NCBI GenBank assembly: GCA_964057225.1
Contig: OZ059899.1
Location: forward strand, 2,232,001-2,296,000
DNA: 64,000 nt
Direction of reading: 5' to 3'
Source of the DNA: Auanema rhodensis
Taxonomy: Eukaryota; Animalia; Nematoda
The position numbers were made by a program, and so were the translations under genes. Below the pieces are notes generated by a model, which was not told where the DNA came from, ran no database searches, and saw only the letters and a program-made list of their open reading frames with translations. This document shows positions 1 through 11,200 of the stretch, piece after piece (position 1 is the stretch's first letter; each line of letters begins with the position of its first letter).

Positions 1-4
1 GGAA

Positions 5-76
5 TCTAAAAACATCTACTTTTTGCTAAATTATTTTGAAATTTTTCGAAAAAATTTTTGTCAAAATGTTTTTGGA
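5..76. repeat. A/T-tract-rich segment with nested dyad symmetry centred on TTTTTCGAAAAA
   Basis: Perfect palindrome TTTTTCGAAAAA (42-53), ATTTTGA (33-39) with TCAAAAT (61-67), and AAAAACAT (8-15) with ATGTTTTT (66-73). Confidence 0.75.
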
Positions 77-80
77 AGCA

Positions 81-108
81 ATGTTGAGTGCACATGGAAA
101 CTCAACAT
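81..108. repeat. 9-bp perfect inverted repeat with a 10-nt spacer, in each monomer
   Basis: ATGTTGAGT (81-89) and ACTCAACAT (100-108). Confidence 0.9.
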
Positions 109-191
109 ACACTAATGCATCATTTTTCAAACGATCATAACTAATTTTTGTATCAAGCGTTTCTCGATGTAGTATAGTGCATTCGATGCGG

Positions 192-242
192 ATTTTTAAG
201 CTGCGTCGATCTGTGTTATCAGATTTGCGCTAGCTTAAAAAT
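192..242. repeat. Imperfect inverted repeat (main hairpin/cruciform-capable core), present in each full monomer
   Basis: ATTTTTAAGCT (192-202) pairs with AGCTTAAAAAT (232-242), GCG (203-205) with CGC (228-230), and ATCTG (209-213) with CAGAT (220-224), around a TGTTAT loop. Confidence 0.9.
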
Positions 243-259
243 GCACCGAGATATCAACT

Positions 260-281
260 GATATAAGTTCCCACTTATATC
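260..281. repeat. 9-bp perfect inverted repeat with a 4-nt loop, in each monomer
   Basis: GATATAAGT (260-268), loop TCAC (TCCC in copy 1), ACTTATATC (273-281). Confidence 0.9.
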
Positions 282-3200
282 CTCGATTTTCACCCTGAAG
301 AATTGATTTTTTCGTTGAATAGCATTGTCCATCGTCTTTGCCTTGAAAAAAGGAATCTAAAAACATCTACTTTTTGCTAAATTATTTTGAAATTTTTCGA
401 AAAAATTTTTGTCAAAATGTTTTTGGAAGCAATGTTGAGTGCACATGGAAACTCAACATACACTAATGCATCATTTTTCAAACGATCATAACTAATTTTT
501 GTATCAAGCGTTTCTCGATGTAGTATAGTGCATTCGATGCGGATTTTTAAGCTGCGTCGATCTGTGTTATCAGATTTGCGCTAGCTTAAAAATGCACCGA
601 GATATCAACTGATATAAGTTCACACTTATATCCTCGATTTTCACCCTGAAGAATTGATTTTTTCGTTGAATAGCATTGTCCATCGTCTTTGCCTTAAAAA
701 AAGGAATCTAAAAACATCTACTTTTTGCTAAATTATTTTGAAATTTTTCGAAAAAATTTTTGTCAAAATGTTTTTGGAAGCAATGTTGAGTGCACATGGA
801 AACTCAACATACACTAATGCATCATTTTTCAAACGATCATAACTAATTTTTGTATCAAGCGTTTCTCGATGTAGTATAGTGCATTCGATGCGGATTTTTA
901 AGCTGCGTCGATCTGTGTTATCAGATTTGCGCTAGCTTAAAAATGCACCGAGATATCAACTGATATAAGTTCACACTTATATCCTCGATTTTCACCCTGA
1001 AGAATTAATTTTTTCGTTGAATAACATTGTCTATCGTCTTTGCCTTGAAAAATGGAATCTAAAAACATTTACTTTTTGCTAAATTATTTTGAAATTTTTC
1101 GAAAAAATTTTTGTCAAAATGTTTTTGGAAGCAATGTTGAGTGTACATGGAAACTCAACATACACTAATGCATCATTTTTCAAACAATCATAACTAATTT
1201 TTGTATTAAGCGTTTCTCGATGTAGTATAGTGCATTCGATGCGGATTTTTAAGCTGCGTCGATCTGTGTTATCAGATTTGCGCTAGCTTAAAAATGCACC
1301 GAGATATCAACTGATATAAGTTCACACTTATATCCTCGATTTTCACCCTGAACAATTAATTTTTTCGTTGAATAACATTGTCTATCGTCTTTGCCTTGAA
1401 AAATGGAATCTAAAAACATCTACTTTTTGCTAAATTATTTTGAAATTTTTCGAAAAAATTTTTGTCAAAATGTTTTTGGAAGCAATGTTGAGTGTACATG
1501 GAAACTCAACATACACTAATGCATCATTTTTCAAACGATCATAACTAATTTTTGTATCAAGCGTTTCTCAATGTAGTATAGTGCATTCGATGCGGATTTT
1601 TAAGCTGCGTCGATCTGTGTTATCAGATTTGCGCTAGCTTAAAAATGCACCGAGATATCAACTGATATAAGTTCACACTTATATCCTCGATTTTCACCCT
1701 GAACAATTAATTTTTTCGTTGAATAGCATTGTCCATCGTCTTTGCCTTGAAAAAAGGAATCTAAAAACATCTACTTTTTGCTAAATTATTTTGAAATTTT
1801 TCGAAAAAATTTTTGTCAAAATGTTTTTGGAAGCAATGTTGAGTGCACATGGAAACTCAACATACACTAATGCATCATTTTTCAAACGATCATAACTAAT
1901 TTTTGTATCAAGCGTTTCTCGATGTAGTATAGTGCATTCGATGCGGATTTTTAAGCTGCGTCGATCTGTGTTATCAGATTTGCGCTAGCTTAAAAATGCA
2001 CCGAGATATCAAGTGATATAAGTTCACACTTATATCCTCGATTTTCACCCTGAAGAATTGATTTTTTCGTTGAATAGCATTGTCCATCGTCTTTGCCTTA
2101 AAAAAAGGAATCTAAAAACATCTACTTTTTGCTAAATTATTTTGAAATTTTTTGAAAAAATTTTTGTCAAAATGTTTTTGGAAGCAATGTTGAGTGCACA
2201 TGGAAACTCAACATACACTAATGCATCATTTTTCAAACGATGATAACTAATTTTTGTATCAAGCGTTTCTCGATGTAGTATAGTGCATTCGATGCGGATT
2301 TTTAAGCTGCGTCGATCTGTGTTATCAGATTTGCGCTAGCTTAAAAATGCACCGAGATATCAACTGATATAAGTTCACACTTATATCCTCGATTTTCACC
2401 CTGAAGAATTAATTTTTTCGTTGAATAACATTGTCTATCGTCTTTGCCTTGAAAAATGGAATCTAAAAACATTTACTTTTTGCTAAATTATTTTGAAATT
2501 TTTCGAAAAAATTTTTGTCAAAATGTTTTTGGAAGCAATGTTGAGTGTACATGGAAACTCAACATACACTAATGCATCATTTTTCAAACAATCATAACTA
2601 ATTTTTGTATTAAGCGTTTCTCGATGTAGTATAGTGCATTCGATGCGGATTTTTAAGCTGCGTCGATCTGTGTTATCAGATTTGCGCTAGCTTAAAAATG
2701 CACCGAGATATCAACTGATATAAGTTCACACTTATATCCTCGATTTTCACCCTGAAGAATTGATTTTTTCGTTGAATAGCATTGTCCATCGTCTTTGCCT
2801 TGAAAAAAGGAATCTAAAAACATCTACTTTTTGCTAAATTATTTTGAAATTTTTCGAAAAAATTTTTGTCAAAATGTTTTTGGAAGCAATGTTGAGTGCA
2901 CATGGAAACTCAACATACACTAATGCATCATTTTTCAAACGATCATAACTAATTTTTGTATCAAGCGTTTCTCGATGTAGTATAGTGCATTCGATGCGGA
3001 TTTTTAAGCTGCGTCGATCTGTGTTATCAGATTTGCGCTAGCTTGAAAATGCACCGAGATATCAACTGATATAAGTTCACACTTATATCCTCGATTTTCA
3101 CCCTGAAGAATTAATTTTTTCGTTGAATAGCATTGTCCATCGTCTTTGCCTTGAAAAAAGGAATCTAAAAACATCTACTTTTTGCTAAATTATTTTGAAA

Positions 3201-6200
3201 TTTTTCGAAAAAATTTTTGTCAAAATGTTTTTGGAAGCAATGTTGAGTGTACATGGAAACTCAACATACACTAATGCATCATTTTTCAAACGATCATAAC
3301 TAATTTTTGTATCAAGCGTTTCTCGATGTAGTATAGTGCATTCGATGCGGATTTTTAAGCTGCGTCGATCTGTGTTATCAGATTTGCGCTAGCTTAAAAA
3401 TGCACCGAGATATCAACTGATATAAGTTCACACTTATATCCTCGATTTTCACCCTGAAGAATTGATTTTTTCGTTGAATAGCATTGTCCATCGTCTTTGC
3501 CTTAAAAAAAGGAATCTAAAAACATCTACTTTTTGCTAAATTATTTTGAAATTTTTCGAAAAAATTTTTGTCAAAATGTTTTTGGAAGCAATGTTGAGTG
3601 CACATGGAAACTCAACATACACTAATGCATCATTTTTCAAACGATCATAACTAATTTTTGTATCAAGCGTTTCTCGATGTAGTATAGTGCATTCGATGCG
3701 GATTTTTAAGCTGCGTCGATCTGTGTTATCAGATTTGCGCTAGCTTAAAAATGCACCGAGATATCAACTGATATAAGTTCACACTTATATCCTCGATTTT
3801 CACCCTGAAGAATTAATTTTTTCGTTGAATAACATTGTCTATCGTCTTTGCCTTGAAAAATGGAATCTAAAAACATTTACTTTTTGCTAAATTATTTTGA
3901 AATTTTTCGAAAAAATTTTTGTCAAAATGTTTTTGGAAGCAATGTTGAGTGTACATGGAAACTCAACATACACTAATGCATCATTTTTCAAACAATCATA
4001 ACTAATTTTTGTATTAAGCGTTTCTCGATGTAGTATAGTGCATTCGATGCGGATTTTTAAGCTGCGTCGATCTGTGTTATCAGATTTGCGCTAGCTTAAA
4101 AATGCACCGAGATATCAACTGATATAAGTTCACACTTATATCCTCGATTTTCACCCTGAACAATTAATTTTTTCGTTGAATAACATTGTCTATCGTCTTT
4201 GCCTTGAAAAATGGAATCTAAAAACATCTACTTTTTGCTAAATTATTTTGAAATTTTTCGAAAAAATTTTTGTCAAAATGTTTTTGGAAGCAATGTTGAG
4301 TGTACATGGAAACTCAACATACACTAATGCATCATTTTTCAAACAATCATAACTAATTTGTGTATTAAGCGTTGTTAATGTAGTATAGTGCATTCGATGC
4401 GGATTTTTAAGCTGCGTCGATCTGTGTTATCAGATTTGCGCTAGCTTAAAAATGCACCGAGATATCAACTGATATAAGTTCACACTTATATCCTCGATTT
4501 TCACCCTGAACAATTAATTTTTTCGTTGAATAGCATTGTCCATCGTCTTTGCCTTGAAAAAAGGAATCTAAAAACATCTACTTTTTGCTAAATTATTTTG
4601 AAATTTTTCGAAAAAATTTTTGTCAAAATGTTTTTGGAAGCAATGTTGAGTGCACATGGAAACTCAACATACACTAATGCATCATTTTTCAAACGATCAT
4701 AACTAATTTTTGTATCAAGCGTTTCTCGATGTAGTATAGTGCATTCGATGCGGATTTTTAAGCTGCGTCGATCTGTGTTATCAGATTTGCGCTAGCTTAA
4801 AAATGCACCGAGATATCAACTGATATAAGTTCACACTTATATCCTCGATTTTCACCCTGAACAATTAATTTTTTCGTTGAATAACATTGTCCATCGTCTT
4901 TGCCTTGAAAAAAGGAATCTAAAAACATCTACTTTTTGCTAAATTATTTTGAAATTTTTCGAAAAAATTTTTGTCAAAATGTTTTTGGAAGCAATGTTGA
5001 GTGCACATGGAAACTCAACATACACTAATGCATCATTTTTCAAACGATCATAACTAATTTTTGTATCAAGCGTTTCTCGATGTAGTATAGTGCATTCGAT
5101 GCGGATTTTTAAGCTGCGTCGATCTGTGTTATCAGATTTGCGCTAGCTTAAAAATGCACCGAGATATCAACTGATATAAGTTCACACTTATATCCTCGAT
5201 TTTCACCCTGAAGAATTAATTTTTTCGTTGAATAACATTGTCTATCGTCTTTGCCTTGAAAAATGGAATCTAAAAACATTTACTTTTTGCTAAATTATTT
5301 TGAAATTTTTCGAAAAAATTTTTGTCAAAATGTTTTTGGAAGCAATGTTGAGTGTACATGGAAACTCAACATACACTAATGCATCATTTTTCAAACAATC
5401 ATAACTAATTTTTGTATTAAGCGTTTCTCGATGTAGTATAGTGCATTCGATGCGGATTTTTAAGCTGCGTCGATCTGTGTTATCAGATTTGCGCTAGCTT
5501 AAAAATGCACCGAGATATCAACTGATATAAGTTCACACTTATATCCTCGATTTTCACCCTGAACAATTAATTTTTTCGTTGAATAACATTGTCTATCGTC
5601 TTTGCCTTGAAAAATGGAATCTAAAAACATCTACTTTTTGCTAAATTATTTTGAAATTTTTCGAAAAAATTTTTGTCAAAATGTTTTTGGAAGCAATGTT
5701 GAGTGTACATGGAAACTCAACATACACTAATGCATCATTTTTCAAACAATCATAACTAATTTGTGTATTAAGCGTTTCTTAATGTAGTATAGTGCATTCG
5801 ATGCGGATTTTTAAGCTGCGTCGATCTGTGTTATCAGATTTGCGCTAGCTTAAAAATGCACCGAGATATCAACTGATATAAGTTCACACTTATATCCTCG
5901 ATTTTCACCCTGAACAATTAATTTTTTCGTTGAATAACATTGTCTATCGTCTTTGCCTTGAAAAATGGAATCTAAAAACATCTACTTTTTGCTAAATTAT
6001 TTTGAAATTTTTCGAAAAAATTTTTGTCAAAATGTTTTTGGAAGCAATGTTGAGTGTACATGGAAACTCAACATACACTAATGCATCATTTTTCAAACAA
6101 TCATAACTAATTTGTGTATTAAGCGTTTCTTAATGTAGTATAGTGCATTCGATGCGGATTTTTAAGCTGCGTCGATCTGTGTTATCAGATTTGCGCTAGC

Positions 6201-7699
6201 TTAAAAATGCACCGAGATATCAACTGATATAAGTTCACACTTATATCCTCGATTTTCACCCTGAACAATTAATTTTTTCGTTGAATAACATTGTCTATCG
6301 TCTTTGCCTTGAAAAATGGAATCTAAAAACATCTACTTTTTGCTAAATTATTTTGAAATTTTTCGAAAAAATTTTTGTCAAAATGTTTTTGGAAGCAATG
6401 TTGAGTGTACATGGAAACTCAACATACACTAATGCATCATTTTTCAAACAATCATAACTAATTTGTGTATTAAGCGTTTCTTAATGTAGTATAGTGCATT
6501 CGATGCGGATTTTTAAGCTGCGTCGATCTGTGTTATCAGATTTGCGCTAGCTTAAAAATGCACCGAGATATCAACTGATATAAGTTCACACTTATATCCT
6601 CGATTTTCACCCTGAAGAATTAATTTTTTCGTTGAATAACATTATCCATCGTCTTTGCCTTGAAAAATGGAATCTAAAAACATCTACTTTTTGCTAAATT
6701 ATTTTGAAATTTTTCGAAAAAATTTTTGTCAAAATGTTTTTGGAAGCAATGTTGAGTGTACATGGAAACTCAACATACACTAATGCATCATTTTTCAAAC
6801 GATCATAACTAATTTTTGTATCAAGCGTTTCTCAATGTAGTATAGTGCATTCGATGCGGATTTTTAAGCTGCGTCGATCTGTGTTATCAGATTTGCGCTA
6901 GCTTAAAAATGCACCGAGATATCAACTGATATAAGTTCACACTTATATCCTCGATTTTCACCCTGAAGAATTAATTTTTTCGTTGAATAACATTATCCAT
7001 CGTCTTTGCCTTGAAAAATGGAATCTAAAAACATCTACTTTTTGCTAAATTATTTTGAAATTTTTCGAAAAAATTTTTGTCAAAATGTTTTTGGAAGCAA
7101 TGTTGAGTGTACATGGAAACTCAACATACACTAATGCATCATTTTTCAAATGATCATAACTAATTTTTGTATCAAGCGTTTCTCAATGTAGTATAGTGCA
7201 TTCGATGCGGATTTTTAAGCTGCGTCGATCTGTGTTATCAGATTTGCGCTAACTTAAAAATGCACCGAGATATCAACTGATATAAGTTCACACTTATATC
7301 CTCGATTTTCACCCTGAACAATTAATTTTTTCGTTGAATAACATTGTCTATCGTCTTTGCCTTGAAAAATGGAATCTAAAAACATCTACTTTTTGCTAAA
7401 TTATTTTGAAATTTTTCGAAAAAATTTTTGTCAAAATGTTTTTGGAAGCAATGTTGAGTGTACATGGAAACTCAACATACACTAATGCATCATTTTTCAA
7501 ACAATCATAACTAATTTGTGTATTAAGCGTTTCTCAATGTAGTATAGTGCATTCGATGCGGATTTTTAAGCTGCGTCGATCTGTGTTATCAGATTTGCGC
7601 TAGCTTAAAAATGCACCGAGATATCAACTGATATAAGTTCACACTTATATCCTCGATTTTCACCCTGAACAATTAATTTTTTCGTTGAATAACATTGTC

Positions 7700-10600
7700 C
7701 ATCGTCTTTGCCTTGAAAAAAGGAATCTAAAAACATCCACTTTTTGCTAAATTATTTTGAAATTTTTGGAAAAAATTTTTGTCAAAATGTTTTTGGAAGC
7801 AATGTTGAGTGTACATGGAAACTCAACATACACTAATGCATCATTTTTCAAACGATCATAACTAATTTTTGTATCAAGCGTTTCTCGATGTAGTATAGTG
7901 CATTCGATGCGGATTTTTAAGCTGCGTCGATCTGTGTTATCAGATTTGCGCTAGCTTAAAAATGCACCGAGATATCAACTGATATAAGTTCACACTTATA
8001 TCTTCGATTTTCACCCTGAAGAATTGATTTTTTCGTTGAATAGCATTGTCCATCGTCTTTGCCTTAAAAAAAGGAATCTAAAAACATCTACTTTTTGCTA
8101 AATTATTTTGAAATTTTTCGAAAAAATTTTTGTCAAAATGTTTTTGGAAGCAATGTTGAGTGCACATGGAAACTCAACATACACTAATGCATCATTTTTC
8201 AAACGATCATAACTAATTTTTGTATCAAGCGTTTCTCGATGTAGTATAGTGCATTCGATGCGGATTTTTAAGCTGCGTCGATCTGTGTTATCAGATTTGC
8301 GCTAGCTTAAAAATGCACCGAGATATCAACTGATATAAGTTCACACTTATATCCTCGATTTTCACCCTGAAGAATTAATTTTTTCGTTGAATAACATTGT
8401 CTATCGTCTTTGCCTTGAAAAATGGAATCTAAAAACATTTACTTTTTGCTAAATTATTTTGAAATTTTTCGAAAAAATTTTTGTCAAAATGTTTTTGGAA
8501 GCAATGTTGAGTGTACATGGAAACTCAACATACACTAATGCATCATTTTTCAAACAATCATAACTAATTTTTGTATTAAGCGTTTCTCGATGTAGTATAG
8601 TGCATTCGATGCGGATTTTTAAGCTGCGTCGATCTGTGTTATCAGATTTGCGCTAGCTTAAAAATGCACCGAGATATCAACTGATATAAGTTCACACTTA
8701 TATCCTCGATTTTCACCCTGAACAATTAATTTTTTCGTTGAATAACATTGTCTATCGTCTTTGCCTGGAAAAATGGAATCTAAAAACATCTACTTTTTGC
8801 TAAATTATTTTGAAATTTTTCGAAAAAATTTTTGTCAAAATGTTTTTGGAAGCAATGTTGAGTGTACATGGAAACTCAACATACACTAATGCATCATTTT
8901 TCAAACAATCATAACTAATTTGTGTATTAAGCGTTTCTTAATGTAGTATAGTGCATTCGATGCGGATTTTTAAGCTGCGTCGATCTGTGTTATCAGATTT
9001 GCGCTAGCTTAAAAATGCACCGAGATATCAATTGATATAAGTTCACACTTATATCCTCGATTTTCACCCTGAAGAATTATTTTTTTCGTTGAATAACATT
9101 GTCCATCGTCTTTGCCTTGTAAAATGGAATCTAAAAACATTTACTTTTTGCTAAATTATTTTGAAATTTTTCGAAAAAATTTTTGTCAAAATGTTTTTGG
9201 AAGCAATGTTGAGTGTACATGGAAACTCAACATACACTAATGCATCATTTTTCAAACAATCATAACTAATTTTTGTATTAAGCGTTTCTCGATGTAGTAT
9301 AGTGCATTCGATGCGGATTTTTAAGCTGCGTCGATCTGTGTTATCAGATTTGCGCTAGCTTAAAAATGCACCGAGATATCAACTGATATAAGTTCACACT
9401 TATATCCTCGATTTTCACCCTGAACAATTAATTTTTTCGTTGAATAACATTGTCCATCGTCTTTGCCTTGAAAAAAGGAATCTAAAAACATCCACTTTTT
9501 GCTAAATTATTTTGAAATTTTTGGAAAAAATTTTTGTCAAAATGTTTTTGGAAGCAATGTTGAGTGTACATGGAAACTCAACATACACTAATGCATCATT
9601 TTTCAAACGATCATAACTAATTTTTGTATCAAGCGTTTCTCGATGTAGTATAGTGCATTCGATGCGGATTTTTAAGCTGCGTCGATCTGTGTTATCAGAT
9701 TTGCGCTAGCTTAAAAATGCACCGAGATATCAACTGATATAAGTTCACACTTATATCTTCGATTTTCACCCTGAAGAATTGATTTTTTCGTTGAATAGCA
9801 TTGTCCATCGTCTTTGCCTTAAAAAAAGGAATCTAAAAACATCTACTTTTTGCTAAATTATTTTGAAATTTTTCGAAAAAATTTTTGTCAAAATGTTTTT
9901 GGAAGCAATGTTGAGTGCACATGGAAACTCAACATACACTAATGCATCATTTTTCAAACGATCATAACTAATTTTTGTATCAAGCGTTTCTCGATGTAGT
10001 ATAGTGCATTCGATGCGGATTTTTAAGCTGCGTCGATCTGTGTTATCAGATTTGCGCTAGCTTAAAAATGCACCGAGATATCAACTGATATAAGTTCACA
10101 CTTATATCCTCGATTTTCACCCTGAAGAATTAATTTTTTCGTTGAATAACATTGTCTATCGTCTTTGCCTTGAAAAATGGAATCTAAAAACATTTACTTT
10201 TTGCTAAATTATTTTGAAATTTTTCGAAAAAATTTTTGTCAAAATGTTTTTGGAAGCAATGTTGAGTGTACATGGAAACTCAACATACACTAATGCATCA
10301 TTTTTCAAACAATCATAACTAATTTTTGTATTAAGCGTTTCTCGATGTAGTATAGTGCATTCGATGCGGATTTTTAAGCTGCGTCGATCTGTGTTATCAG
10401 ATTTGCGCTAGCTTAAAAATGCACCGAGATATCAACTGATATAAGTTCACACTTATATCCTCGATTTTCACCCTGAACAATTAATTTTTTCGTTGAATAA
10501 CATTGTCTATCGTCTTTGCCTTGAAAAATGGAATCTAAAAACATCTACTTTTTGCTAAATTATTTTGAAATTTTTCGAAAAAATTTTTGTCAAAATGTTT

Positions 10601-11200
10601 TTGGAAGCAATGTTGAGTGTACATGGAAACTCAACATACACTAATGCATCATTTTTCAAACAATCATAACTAATTTGTGTATTAAGCGTTTCTTAATGTA
10701 GTATAGTGCATTCGATGCGGATTTTTAAGCTGCGTCGATCTGTGTTATCAGATTTGCGCTAGCTTAAAAATGCACCGAGATATCAATTGATATAAGTTCA
10801 CACTTATATCCTCGATTTTCACCCTGAAGAATTATTTTTTTCGTTGAATAACATTGTCCATCGTCTTTGCCTTGTAAAATGGAATCTAAAAACATTTACT
10901 TTTTGCTAAATTATTTTGAAATTTTTCGAAAAAATTTTTGTCAAAATGTTTTTGGAAGCAATGTTGAGTGTACATGGAAACTCAACATACACTAATGCAT
11001 CATTTTTCAAACAATCATAACTAATTTTTGTATTAAGCGTTTCTCGATGTAGTATAGTGCATTCGGTGCGGATTTTTAAGCTGCGTCGATCTGTGTTATC
11101 AGATTTGCGCTAGCTTAAAAATGCACCGAGATATCAACTGATATAAGTTCACACTTATATCCTCGATTTTCACCCTGAACAATTAATTTTTTCGTTGAAT
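7700..11200 (+). repeat. Tandem 5-monomer (1755-bp) higher-order duplication; ends approximate
   Basis: Rare variants recur 1755 bp apart: CAATTGAT 9032/10787, CCTTGTAAA 9120/10875, CATCCAC 7738/9493. Confidence 0.85.

Larger units (their letters stand above)
1..351 (+). repeat. Reference monomer (351 bp; the start point is arbitrary)
   Basis: First complete period; 116 G+C in 351 nt and 13 CpG by hand count. Confidence 0.98.

Noticed and set aside
192-290. Rho-independent terminators or promoters from the hairpins and T-runs
   Set aside because: The stems are AT-rich and there is no gene context; a repeat-intrinsic dyad is the simpler description.
310-326. CENP-B-box-like motif (TTTCGTTGAATAGCATT)
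   Set aside because: It matches TTCG and the A of NTTCGNNNNANNCGGGN but lacks the essential CGGG.
295-350. Hammerhead ribozyme, suggested by CTGAAGA (matches CUGANGA), as found in some animal satellites
   Set aside because: I could not build stem II closing on a GAAA, or stems I/III around a cleavage triplet, and the motif is often CTGAACA. An Infernal search with Rfam hammerhead models on a monomer dimer would settle it.
1-351. Monomer as a dimer of two ~175-bp subunits
   Set aside because: I saw no alignable similarity between the two halves beyond generic A/T runs.
1-351. Tandem RNA gene unit (5S rRNA, tRNA, snRNA, spliced leader)
   Set aside because: No recognisable conserved sequence, cloverleaf, Pol III A/B/C boxes or convincing snRNA/SL features. 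A covariance-model search was not possible here.
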